Shown here piece after piece: positions 31,500-45,745 of a stretch of 64,000 bases of DNA. This DNA comes from the human T2T-CHM13v2.0 reference genome, Homo sapiens. The notes under the pieces were generated by a model that was given only the letters and a program-made list of their open reading frames with translations, did no database searches and was not told where the DNA came from. The stretch's first letter is position 1; each line of letters starts with the position of its first letter. The DNA lies in NCBI RefSeq assembly GCF_009914755.1, contig NC_060943.1. One strand, 5' to 3'. Made by a program: the position numbers and the translations under genes.

Positions 31500-31810
31500 G
31501 TTGGAGAGCGGCACATGGTTTCTATTGAGGTTGCTCAGATGAAGAGAGAATTCTGAAGCTGCTGGTAGCCATCTTGTCACCAAGAGGCAAGAAGCTAGCT
31601 GAAAGTGAAGACAAATCAAGGAAATCAGAGCCAAGAGACAGAGAGAGACTAATTTCTAATGATGTCCTTTCCAAACCTGGACCTAGCTATCCTCTTGGTC
31701 AAAAAGATCTACCCTTGGTATTTAGTTACATAAGCTTATTTTTTCTCTGTTTACTTAAACTAATATGAATTGGGTTTACGTTATTTGCTACCCAAAGAAT
31801 CCTAATAGAT
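31500..31810 (+). mobile_element. Old MLT1 (K/L-like) MaLR LTR 3' half
   Basis: gctgctggtagccatcttg...cagagccaagagac...gttacataagc...ttgggttt...cccaaagaatcctaat. Confidence 0.6.
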
Positions 31811-32247
31811 TTATTAAAAGAGCCGAGAGGGAAATATCTTGTAGGAAGATCACTTAATTTCTTTTGAATTTGAGTGGTCTTATCTGTCAGTGGAAAATAA
31901 TGAACTTACCTGTATTTGTTTAATAGGATTGCAGTAGAAACCAGCCAGGATAAAAGATGTCAGAGTTCTTGGAAAAATGTACATGAAATTTCAAAAATTA
32001 AATTCCAGCAGGATATGTGAGTGTGTGTATGTATGAGTGTGATTTGTGTGTATTCTAAGGAAGAGGACTAGGTGATGTGTATTTCAGATGAGGTAGATAA
32101 TCCACTACCTTCTGTTTTTGATTTAGGTTTTGGAAACCCTGATCCATAAAAACATGCTGCTATGTATGTTATTCCTGCCACATCCACCAAAGCCAGGAAA
32201 TTCTTTTCTTTGTGGAATCCACTTTTCCAATGGAATTTCCTATATGA

Positions 32248-32563
<316 letters not shown>

Positions 32564-32678
32564 GATTACATATGTATTTTTGATTATGATTTTCTTACAG
32601 CATCCTGAAACTTTGAACTTAGTGATTTATTCATGTTGCCTGCAATGCCCCCTGTTTAGCACTGCAATGCTCTGGCAG

Positions 32679-33013
32679 TGTTATGGGCTATCCCCCAAAA
32701 ATTCATAACAGCATGTGACTGCATTGGGAGACAGGGTCTTTAAAGAGGTAAGCTGAAATGAGGTTACTAGGGTGGACCCTAATCCATTATAACTGGTGTC
32801 TTTATAGGAAGAGAAAATTTGGACACACAGGGAGAAAACCACAGGGAGGAGATGGCCATCTACAATTCCAGAAAAGCAGCCTCAGAAGAAACCAATCTGC
32901 AAACATCTTTATCTGCAACTCCCTGCCTCCAAAATGGTGAGAAAATTAATTTCTGCTTTTTAAGCCAACCAGACTGCAGGACTTTGTTATGGCAGCCCCA
33001 GAAAATTAATACA
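32679..33013 (+). mobile_element. MLT1B-like MaLR LTR
   Basis: tgttatgggct...agggtctttaaagagg...gggtggaccctaatcca...ggccatctacaa...tttgttatggcagccc...aattaataCA. Confidence 0.8.
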
Positions 33014-33205
33014 GACAGCAAACGGCCAGATGTCCCACTTGAAAAATGGATCCAGAAACAGAAAAGTAAATGTTGTGAGAATGACGTTTGATGGCAGGGT
33101 TTTATTCTGCAGTTGCCTACAGGAATGACAACAGAAAACTTAAGATGGTATGTTCCAAAATAAGCTCTGTAGAAAACCAGTGTGACTGCTACTTTAAAGA
33201 AAAAT

Positions 33206-33848
33206 TGAGGAGTGTTTTACTTCCAGTTATGTGGTAAATTTTAGAATAAGTGCGATGTGGTGCTGAGAAGAATGTATATTCTGTTGATTTAGGGTGGAAA
33301 GTTCTGTAGATGTCTATTAGGTCCACTTGGTCCAGAACTGAGTTCAAGTCCTGAATATCCTTGTTAATTTTGTGTCTCATTGATCTGTCTAATATTGACA
33401 GTGAGGTGTTAAAATCTCCCACTATTATTATGTGGGAGTCTAAGTCTCTTTGTAGATCTCTAAGAACTTGCTTTATGAATCTGGGTGTTCCTATATTGGG
33501 TGCATATATATTTAGCATAGTTAGCTCTTCTTGTTGCATTGATCCCTTTACCATTATGCAATGGTCTTCCTTGTCTCTTTTGATCCTCGTTGGTTTAAAG
33601 TCTCTTTTATCGGAGACTAGGAATGCAACTCCTGCTTTTTTTTGCTTTCCATTTGCTTGGTAAATATTCCTCCATCCCTTTATTTTGAGCCTATGTGTGT
33701 CTTTGCACATGAGATGGGTCTCCTGAATACAGCACACAGATGGGTCTTGACTCTTTATCCAATTTGCCCGTCTGTGTCTTTTAATTGGGGCATTTAGCCT
33801 ATTTACATTTAAGGTTAATATTATTATGTGTGAATTTGATCCTGTCAT
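33206..33848 (-). pseudogene. L1 ORF2p endonuclease domain, truncated
   Basis: MTGSNSHIIILTLNVN...CCIQETHL...NIYAPN...VGDFNT; canonical YSKIDH reads YSKIYH (catalytic Asp lost) and the element ends before the catalytic SDH His. Confidence 0.93.
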
Positions 33849-33911
33849 TATGATGCTAGCTGGTTATTTTGCCCGTTAGTTGATGCAGTTTCTTCATAGT
33901 GTCAATGTTCT

Positions 33912-34937
33912 TTACAATTTGGTATGTTTTTGCAGTGGCTGGTGCCAGTTGTTCCTTTCCATGTTTAGTGCTTCCTTCAGGAGCTCTTATAAGACAGGCC
34001 TGGTGGTGACCAAATCTCTCAGTATTTGCTTGTCTGTGAAGGATTTTATTTCTCCTTTGCTTATGAAGCTTAGTTTGGCTGGATATGAAATTCTGGGTTG
34101 AAAATTCTTTTCTTTAAGAATGTTGAATATTGGCCCCCACTCTCTTCTGGCTTGTTGGGTTTCTGCCAAAATATCCACTGTTAATCCGATAAGCTTCCCT
34201 TTGTAGGTAACTCGACCTTTCTCTCTGGCTGCCCTTAGCATTTTTTCCTTCATTTCAACTTTGGTGAATCTGACGATTATGTGTCTTGGGGCTGCTCTTC
34301 TCAAAGAGTATCTTTGTGATGTTCTCTGTATTTCCTGAATTTGAATGTTGGCTTGTCTTGCTAGGTTGGGGAAGTTCTCCTGGATAATATCCTGAATAGT
34401 GTTTTCCAACTTGGTTCCATTCTCCCCGTCACTTTCAGGTACACCAATCAAATGTACATTTGGTCTTTTCACATAGTCCCATATTCCTTGGAGGCCTTGT
34501 TCGTTTCTTTTCATTCTTTTTTCTCTAATCTTGTCTTATCACTTTATTTCATTGAGTTGATCTTCAATCTCTGATGTCCTTTCTTCCGCTTGGTCGATTT
34601 GGCTATTGATACTTGTGTATGCTTCATGAAGTTCTTGTGCTGTGTTTTTCAGCTCCTTCAGGTCATTTATGTTCTTCTCTAAGCTGGTTATTCTAGTTAG
34701 CAATTAGTCTAGCCTTTTTTCAAGGTTCTTAGCTTCCTTGCATTGGGTTAGAACGTGCTCCTTTAGCTTGGACGAGTTTGTTATTACCTGTCTTCTGAAG
34801 CCGACTTCTGTCAATTCATCAAACTCATTCTCCATCCAGTTTTGTTCCCTTGCCAGCGAGGAGTTGTGATCCTTTGGAGGAGAAGAGGCCTACTGGTTTT
34901 TGGAATTTTTAGCCTTTTTGTGGTGGTTTCTCCCCAT
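33912..34937 (-). pseudogene. L1 ORF1p, disrupted
   Basis: ATG at 34937 (MGRNHHKKAKNSKNQ then TAG at codon 16); downstream WDYVKRPN...ENFPNLARQ...YPAKLSF; second premature stop at 33987-33989. Confidence 0.92.
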
Positions 34938-35477
34938 CTTCGTGGATTTATCTACCTTTGGTCTCTGATGTTGGTGACCTTTGGATGAGGCCTATGAGTG
35001 GACGTCCTTTTTGTTGATGTCGATGCTATTCCTTTGTGTTTGTTAGTTTCCTTCTAACAGGCCCCTCTGCTGCAGGTCTGCTGGAGTTTGCTGGAGGTCT
35101 GCTGCAGACCTTGTTTGCCTGGGTATCACCAGCAGAGGCTGAAGAACAGCAAAGTTTGGGAAAGTTTACACACTCTAATGCCCTGCTACCCAGCCTTTAA
35201 AAACTGATTTAAAGATTTTAGGAATCCTAGAGAAAAACAAACCAGTAGTATCTTATTACAAAGAGAGAAAAGTGAATAGTCCATGGCCTCAATAAACAGT
35301 CTTTAGCCTGCAGCTGAACTGGCATTCCATGGAGCACACTTTCTGACATGCATACTCAGTGGTTCCTTCAATGTGCAGAAAGTCAGCTGGAAGGGGAGTT
35401 GAGTTTCAATGAGAAGTGAAGCATGTCATGCATGGGCAGCCAGCAGGACCCCATAAGTCTGCATGAAAATGCTGCCC

Positions 35478-36033
35478 AGAGCACAATTTGCAATTGCAAA
35501 TATATGGAACCAGCCCAAATGTCCATCAATCAACAAGTGGATAAAGGAAATGTGGTATGTGTGTGTGTGTGTGTATATATATATGTATATATATACATAC
35601 ATATATATATACACACACACACATATGTTACATAATACACACACACACACACACCATGGAGTACTACTCAGCAATAAAAAGGAATGAAATAATAGCATTG
35701 GCAGCAATCTAGATGGAATTGGAGACTATTATTCTAAGTGAAGTAACTCAGGAATGGAAAAGCAAACATTGTATGTTCTCACTTCCAAGTGGGAGCTAAG
35801 CTATGAGGACACAAAGGCATAAGAATGATACATCGGACTTTGGGGACTCAGGAGAAAGGGTGGGAGGGGGTGAGGGATAAAAGACTACACACTGGGTACA
35901 GTGTACACTGCTTGGGTGATGGGTGAACCTAAATCTCACAAATCACCACTAAATAACTTATTCATGTAACCACACACCACTTGCTCTCTAAGAACCTATT
36001 GAAATAAAAAATAAATTAAAAAAAAAGAAAAAG
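35478..36033 (+). mobile_element. L1PB1-type 3' end with poly-A
   Basis: ggagactattattctaagtgaagtaactcaggaatggaaa...ctatgaggacacaaaggcataagaatgata...ggataaaagactacaca; poly-A; internal (TG)(TA)(CA) microsatellite. Confidence 0.9.
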
Positions 36034-38599
36034 ATTGCTTTTCAGAATGGAGAGGGCACATTTCAATAATTAGCACAGATGTTAACAGCAGCTCATACCT
36101 GCCACACAGACAGGAAATTGCAACTTCTGTGTACTGGAGCTTTGTTCATAACTGTTGTCAGGGTTAACAAAGTACCTGCTTAATTATTGGTAGCTGGGAA
36201 TACCTGGGGTTGTGCTCACGTGTTCATAGGCTTTGTATTCCTCAGAGCTCAGAGACGACCATGCTCATGTGAGAAACGGCATGGCGTGTTGGTAGAGGGG
36301 AGCAAAGAGGGAGGCTGGGGGAGCAGGTTGAGACCAGATGCTGCAAAGACAGGAATCACCCTCAAGAGGCCGGACTTGCTCTGGCAGGGAGTTGGGAGAT
36401 GATGAAAGACACTGAGGTGTAAGGGTGGCCTTTGGTTTTTAATCAAAAAGAAGCCCATGCCAGCATCTAACTAAGATCATAGCACCAAGGGAAGGAATGG
36501 GAAGCAGGGGAGCTAGAGAGCAGGTATAGTAGGAGAAAGTTCTGACCCAAAGGCTTTGGCCAGGTTTGGGGAATGCAGAGAAATTCAGGGATGAACAGGT
36601 TCTTTGTGGTTTGGTGGGACAGAGAGGAGGATGCATTGCCTGTCACTTGATCAGGGAGTCAAAGGAGAGCAGAGTTTGGACCAAGAGAGTTCTACATTAA
36701 ACGCCAAGTGCTTATGAATCAGAGTGAGAGTCTCCCTTGCTGAATCTGCCTCTTTTATCTTGGCTGTTCCACAACATAGATTCCATTGTACAAATGATCA
36801 TATAGACATTGTGTGATGTTCTAAGCCAAAAAGTGACTCTGGCAGTTCCAGCCTGTGAGTATCTTTTGGCAACGTTCTAGTGTGAGAAGGAGTTCCTGTG
36901 CAGCACTGTCTGTCTGACTCAGCTCTGCAGGAACGGCTGGAACCACAGAGCTCATGAGGGTACACTGCTCACAGGCAGGGCTCACACACACTCTGAACCC
37001 AGCTCCCACGCCTGAGCAGGTCACACCAACTTTGAGGCACTTCCCCGGCCCTAACATGTTTTAAAATTTGAATCATGCTTCAAGTGACTCTTTTGAGATT
37101 GGCAGTGATGGAAACAGTCTAAGGAAGGGAACTTAGTTTTAAAATAGTTTTAATTGTAGAGATGACAATTGACACAGATGTGTCAGGAAAACATGTTGGA
37201 ATGTCTCGACTGGCAGTGGTAATTCTGTGAGCTCAGTTCACATTCCAAGTGCTCTGGCTTCTGACTTCTGGCATTTAGGAACCTGAGAAACATATGAATC
37301 TATGCACACGAAAAATCCAGGCACTAAGAACTCAGCCTTGATTAGCCATAAGTGTGCTCTCTGTAGAAGGGGAAAATAACATTGTAAGGAATATGTTTAA
37401 CCTATGTAAGAAAATACATGATTTTAACATGAAATATAAAAATTGGTGGCATTAATTGTAGTCTTTTTTATCAGTCCATTGAAGTTGGCTCAGCAGGCTC
37501 TGTTTCTCCCACTCTTCTCTGGCATCACATTTAATTGTTATGTGTAGTGTAAGGTCTGCAGAATGAAACAGTCCTCCTTTTCAAATAGTGTCTAATGTGA
37601 ACCTCAGTGATCCAGACTGGCCTCTGAGAAGATTGAAGAGTTTTCGAGGACAACGATGTCTTGAACGAGCCACAAGGAACACTCCAACTTTGTTTTTAGA
37701 TGAATTTCCACGTTTTTCTTCTGCAAGGGTTTCGGAGAGGTAGCATGACAGACTTCTTTGTACAGAATGTTTTCAGAAGTTGTGTTAATGGAGAAGTTTC
37801 TTTTGGGGCTTAAGTTTCTATTTACCTTTTGTGACATGGTTTTTAAAAAACAGCAAAACAACCTCATTATCTTCCTCTCCCACAATCGTTGCCGTAGAAA
37901 GGAGATAAGGCAGATCCCACGTGGACCGGTGGCTGGGTGCGCTGCCAGGATAGCTAAGGCGCCCCTTTTACAAACAGTCTTTGACATGCAGTCACACCCG
38001 CAATCTCGGTGCTGGGTGATAAGAAGGATTGTATTCATTACACCGTTGAATACAGAAACATATTTCTGAAATAATTTTTCTTGTCTAGAATTCCGCAGAA
38101 TTCCGCTGAGTGGCACATTCAAAAGAATTTTTATTAGGAGGGTTCCAATGAACTGCTCAGCGGCAGAGGGACTTTATATTTAATTTGATTTCTCAGAACC
38201 AGGTATTGTGGAGAAAGGCATCAGATAACCACGGAGTGCTGGTTAAGGGAGGGAAGCCTCACTAAGCAGGGTTCATGCGTTCAAGCCCCGCAGCCAACAA
38301 GCATTCGCTAAGACTCTCATTCTGGATTGGGCACCAAGGTGCTTCGAAATCCCAGTGGGTTCATGAGGCTTCCCGCCTCTTGTCTCCTTGCATTTGGTTA
38401 CAGAGATGGCACAGTATTTGTTATTGAGGCTGGATGAAAATCAACTGTGGCCAGACCTTCACAACCCACGTATGGGCACAGGACTTGGGTGTAGAGAGAA
38501 ACCAAGTGAAAAGTTTGTAGTAAAAATTTTGCCACTGTGGAGAATTCCCCTTTTCTCATTTTGCTTTGGCATAAACAAAGATCTTAAAAAACAGTTTAA

Positions 38600-38955
<356 letters not shown>

Positions 38956-38957
38956 TC

Positions 38958-39365
38958 AGTAGTGGGTTAATGGTGGCCCCTAAAACAATATGGCCACGTC
39001 CTAATCTCTAGAGCCTGTGGGTGTGATCTTATTTGCAAAAAGTCTTCACAGATGTAACTGAGTTAAGGGTCTCAAGAGAAGTAGATCATTTTGGTTTAAT
39101 TTATGGGCCATAAATCCCAGGATAACAGACGCAGAAGAAATGAGGGCCATTGAAAGTGGAGGCAGAGACTGGAGAGAAGCTGCCCCAAGCCAAGGGGCAC
39201 CTGGAGCCACCAGAATCTGAAAGAGGAAGAAAGAGTTCTTTTCTAGAGCCTTGGGAGGGAGCATGGCCCTGCCAACATCCAGCTTCTGGTGCCCAGAGCT
39301 TTGACAGATCACACTTCTGTCACTGAAGCCACGAACTGTGTAAGAATTATCCAACAGCAGTCTCC
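38958..39365 (+). mobile_element. MLT1C-like MaLR LTR
   Basis: gtgggttaatggtggcccc...cacgtcctaatc...ggaggcagagactggag...ctagagccttgggagggagcatggccctgccaacatc. Confidence 0.8.
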
Positions 39366-40215
39366 AAGGGTGCAATGGTTGAGTCTGCAAATCACATTCG
39401 AGAGTCAGAGGATGTCAGAGCTGGAAGGGGTCTCAGTCTCTGCTTAAAGAGAAGATGTTGGACAAGCTACTCCCTTGGACCTGAATTCTAGGCCTGCCCT
39501 GACACTCACAGGCTAAGTGCTTTTTCGAGAAGCTGGTGGATCCTTTTTTCCAAGTTGCTCTGGCTTAGTCTAGAAAGCTCTCAGGATCTGACCCCAATTG
39601 CCTCCCTCTGTAACCTCACCTTCCACCCCCACCTTCTGGCCCTCCGGCCACAGGAACTCTTCTGAACATGTTCTGATCCTGCTGTTCATATACTTGTCTC
39701 TATATCAGGCTGAGAGAGGGACAAGGCATCCTTTAAACCCAGATTCCTGTCCGGGGGCCTTGCCCTGATCCTCCAGCTGGGGTCGCTCTTCCCCCTGCTC
39801 CCTCTGTGCATTGTACGCACTGTGGATTCTGACCACACTTTAGGGCTACTCACGAGGCCCAGCAGACCTGCAGGGTCTGCCTCCAACCTTCCTCCTAGAG
39901 TGACCTCTCATCACTCCCACTGCAGCCCCTCAGATGCACCTGGACCCCTCCTGCCACGGGGCCTTCGCACACGCTGTGCTTTCCCTAAAGTCCTCTACTC
40001 CTGTTTGCAATGGCCTTGGATTATAGTTAAAATGTTCCATATCTTTGTTGGGTTATTTGTTCAATGTCTGTGTCTTCACTCGGCAGCAAGCCCTGTGGGG
40101 CATAGATTATGCTGGATTTTCTCCTGGTGTAGAGCCCAGTACCTAGCAGATCTAACAAGCAAAGACTGTGGGTGACTATATGTTAGATCTATAAAGATGA
40201 TACTCCACAACTTTA

Positions 40216-40667
<452 letters not shown>

Positions 40668-43527
40668 AGTCACCATCTGTGAAGAGCTTCTTCTTGCCCT
40701 TTAGATATGACACCAACTTCTACTGCATCTATAAACCCTCATGTTCCCTCTGCTCCTTTAGTTTCCAACCTCATCTCTTGCACTTTCCTTTCTGCCAGTC
40801 CTGCTTGGCAAGGCCTTCAGCTTTTCACACACTGGCCTCTGCCCTGCTTGGGGCCTTGAGCAGGCTCTTCCCTCCCCTTGGAACTCTTTTCCATTCCTTT
40901 CCCTGCCTCTTTGTGTCCTGGTTGATTCCCAGCTGTCTTTTCAGTCTTTGAATATCACTTCCTCAGAGAAAGCTTTGCTGACCTTCCAGTCTAGCTTCTG
41001 GTGGCTAGTGACCACCATCTAGTTTTCCTGCATGGTTTACAGAACTCCTAGCATGCTTTGGCATGCATGTCTTCTGTTGAATGCATGCCTTCCATAAGCT
41101 CACAAAGCTAGGCAGAGCTGGATGGTGGCTGTCTGATTTCAAAGATCTCTACTCTTGGCACTTCATTACCCAACCCTCCCTGAAGGAAGGGAAGTGAAAG
41201 AAACAGAAAAGCAGAAAGAATGCATGAAGACTCTGTGGAAGAGGGCCACTGTAATGACTTCCAAAGCCCCTGTGGGCTTTCTCCCTACCTGGCAGGAGAA
41301 GCACACTGTGCCCCGGAGAGCTCAGGGAGGAGGCAGGACGCTAGGCATGACTTTGGTGTGACCCTGGGTTGTCTCCCAGCCTCCTCCCTGGCCCATCCAC
41401 AGCCCCTGCTTGCCATAGAGCCAAGTAGCTTCCTTATGCAGTAGGAACTGTTATCCCCATTTACCAGAGAAGCAAGCCAAGGTGAGCAATGGACAGACCT
41501 GGAGCTGCCAGCATGATCGTGTGGTTGCAAACCCCGAGCTCCTTCCAATAACCGTGTGTCTTATAAATAACGGCGATGGTGTGAGCTGTGTCCAGCACCC
41601 CTGAAAAAAATGCCCTAGAGACAGTGCTGTCAAATGGATAGACAAGTAGACAGACAGACAGGAAATCATCCCTTTGCTACCACCCAAGACGTTGCTTCCT
41701 CTCAGTCTATTTCCCAAATCCTCCTCTCCCGCACCCCATAATCTTGTCAGAGCTTACCTCCTCCCTACGCTCTGCACTTTCGTTAATTTCTTATCACCTA
41801 TCCCTCAGCTGTAATCTAGGACTTTGTAAGGACAATTAATTAAAGTGAGAAGGTTCTTAAAAAAAGGTATTGACCTGCAATTCAGCCCTTTCTTTCAGCA
41901 AAATCAATCTTCAGATTACAGGTCAAGAGGAGACATCTTTAAAAACGTGTCCAGCCAATCGGTTCTTCAGATGCGTTCATGAAGTCACACCTGCTGTGTA
42001 TGAACCTGATTGCATGTCCTGCTTTCTGCCTAAGAAAAGCACACCTAAGTACACATGGGCGTGCAGCTTGTTTGAAGAATCTGTTGCTATAGAAAGATAA
42101 AAGGGAAGAAAAAGATAAAATATGTATAAAAGGAAAAAGCCTCTATTGATTTATCTATCTATCCATTATATATATATGCACTTATGGTCCTTAATCCTGG
42201 GCAGGGTGTCTGCTGTCAGAGATGGGCAAGGATGGGTGTCAGCCATTGGAGAGCTGTTCCAGGGAGGGAGCCCGACCACTCTCTGGCCTTAGCCAGCCCA
42301 GTCAGCACTGGAGAAAGACCTCATCCAACGCTGAAATAGACGGTGCTAGTGTATGCATTACAATAGCAGGTGAGTAAAACTGTCTGTTGTACAACATGCT
42401 GATGTAGGAGCTTTGTGATTATCTAGCCTAATGTGTAGATAAGGAAATCAGGGCCCTGGCAGGTCGCTAGGCATGACTTTGGTGTGACCCTGGGTTGTCT
42501 CCCAGCCTCCTCCCTGGCCCAGGGCTCGGTCTTGCTGTATGTGGTCCATTCCCAAAACTGAAATTCAGGACCTCTGTCACCCAGGCTGGGCTCTGTCCAA
42601 GACAAGCTGCCATTTCTCAGAGGAGAAATTGAGAGAAGCAGCCAGGCATCTTCCTGTCTGACCCCAACACTGGGGTTCTAATCTCCCCTAAGCTCACACA
42701 GCAACTCCCCAACCACTTTTGCAGAGAGAACAAAAAGACAGATGTTGATTTACCCGGAGAGCATCTGTCACTAATAGTAACACGCGGCTTTCACTGAGGG
42801 TTAACTGTATCCAGGTGTGGTTCTTATCTTCTTACAAGTATTAGTGCATTTACAAATAAAGTGTGGGAGGCTTAGAAAGGTCAAGTGGCTTGTCTCAGCT
42901 CACAGAGCAAGTCAAAGTTGGAACCAGAATTCTGGGATTAGTCCTGTGTTGCCAACAATTCTTTATTGCCTCAACAGACAAGGTTAACATTAATTTGAAT
43001 TACTTGAGCTAAGCTGAATGACTTGATTCCTGTTCCTTACATTGATGTGGATGCCAAGCCTGTGCCTGACCATTGCCAGGAGCTTAAGGGCAGAGATAAT
43101 GGAACAAAGAGAAGTGTATGGCAGCAGAGTACAGTGAACAAAATTTCCCGCTTAGGTTAAACGGTGGCACAGTTGTGTTCTGCCGCATCTCGAGAAAAGT
43201 TACTTAGGCTCCGTGATCATCAGTTTTCTTATCTCTAAAATGGGCATAGTAGGATTAACCTCTTAGGGTTCCCAGGGATCTTGGGTTAGTCTGCACACAT
43301 TTCCAGGAACATGCCAGGCACCTGGGGAGCAGCACAGCTCCTTCACAAGGTCCTCCATCATCATGAACAGATGTTAGTAATCATGACTGACACAGATGCT
43401 GCCTAAGGGATGATGATGGTGGTGATGGTGGTGATGAAGGTGTGGTTACGCTGCTGCTGTGACGATGGGATGACAGCAAGGATGCAGAAGAAAGAACACG
43501 GCTCTGCCATGTCAGGACCATTTAGGT

Positions 43528-43742
43528 CAGTGGTTCCGAACTAGGAGTGATTTCACCCACAGGGGATGTTTGGCAATGCCTGGAGACACTTTTAGTTGTT
43601 CACACTGTTGAGGGAGGTGCTATTGGAATACAGTGGGTGGGGGCCAGGGACCTTGTTAACCACCCTGCAATGCATAGGAAAGCCCCTGCAAGAAAGAATG
43701 ATCCAGCCAAAATGTCCGTGGGGCCCAGGTCAAAAGGCCCTG
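43528..43742 (+). mobile_element. MER20 hAT-Charlie MITE
   Basis: cagtggtt...ggggatgtttggcaatgcctggagacactttt...gtgctattgg...gccaggga...tgcaatgcatagga...ccctg. Confidence 0.85.
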
Positions 43743-44864
43743 GTCTACGAGGACGGGAAATCTGAACACTGGAGGTGAGTGACAAAGCTTCCAGGAGCCT
43801 TGTTGACTACTTAACATGCCTCTTTCAGCTACTGCTTTGAACTGTACAGGAATCTGCGCCTAAAAGGAAGAGGGCAGAATGCCCGACAGTTGGGAAGACT
43901 ATAGTGAAGCCATTCCGCGGGACCTCCTCCCTCTACTTGCAGGGCGGCCTGGTGCAGCTGCGTCTCCAGCCCCTCCAAGTCCACGTGGAAACTGTCCCCT
44001 GGTTTTCTGGATGTGCAAGAAGGCGTCTGCTGGAGCAGTCTTGCTCTCCCAAGCCTCTCACGCTGTCATGGGTGCACAGAAGCAGTGGGGGAGGGGGAGG
44101 GCATGGGAGGAGGAGAGCCACCCATAAATGAAAGAACAGTGGAGCATCGATCAGCGCTTTTTCGCAGCGCGGGAGCTGCTTCGCTGAGCCCCAGCACCGT
44201 CAGACAGACCCCTGATTAAACATATGCAGCTGCACGGATGGATGGCCCTGCTCAGCTCCCATCAGCAACTCTGCCAGAAAGGAAGAGGCACCACGGAAGT
44301 TGTGAAGGGGCCCAGGGCTGGCGGCTGGGTATCTGGAGGGCTGGCACTCTCTTCCTTCCACCAGAGCTGGCTCCAAATTCCAGACTCAAAGCAGAAAGTT
44401 TATTCTATGTTTTTCCAGGAGATGGGGCAGGTTGGAGATGAGAGCAAGGGGAAGGCGCGATTCCCTGGGAATGCCCTGTTGTTTTCCTCTCTGGGAGGCC
44501 TTGGGGTGCAGGTTCCAGATACTGCCCTGGTTCTTGTTATAGGGACATGGTGAGTCCTCACCAAATTCCAAATGCCTCCACAGAGAGGGAGGCTCCGTGT
44601 GGTAATGAAGCCTGCTCTGTTCATTTCGTCATTTGGAATTCTCTTGGATGGCCTGTGAGTTTTCTATTATAGAATCAAAACCACATTTTCTTAAAACATG
44701 AGAGGCTGTGGTCTATTCTGCCTGAGATCCCCATGTGATGCCAGAGGAGCCACAACTCACAGGCCCTGCATCACCTGCTGCTGTGTGCGGATGAGGAAGT
44801 CTGTCTTCCTGGAGGGGGTTCTTATGAGCACAAACAGTGATGAACGACGTTAAATGCATGATGA

Positions 44865-45745
<881 letters not shown>

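Larger units (their letters stand above)
33206..35154 (-). mobile_element. Internal L1PA (about L1PA6-8) fragment: end of 5'UTR, ORF1, start of ORF2
   Basis: Translations match L1 ORF1p and ORF2p; no poly-A or 3' region present. Confidence 0.95.

Noticed and set aside
33206-36033. Single twin-primed (5'-inverted) L1 formed by the minus fragment and the plus 3' end
   Set aside because: The pieces look like different subfamilies (L1PA versus L1PB1), are separated by ~320 bp of non-L1 sequence and share no TSD.
37604-38122. 172-aa ORF in the repeat-free block
   Set aside because: Non-ATG start, no recognisable protein family or exon structure; more consistent with non-coding sequence.
42367-42375. 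Consensus splice donor CAG|GTGAGT (others at ~43775, 44549, 49744)
   Set aside because: No matching acceptor or reading frame can be supported; such motifs are expected by chance in 64 kb.
44189-44211. REST/RE1-like cagcaccgtcagacag
   Set aside because: Wrong spacer length and a mismatch in the GGACAG half-site.
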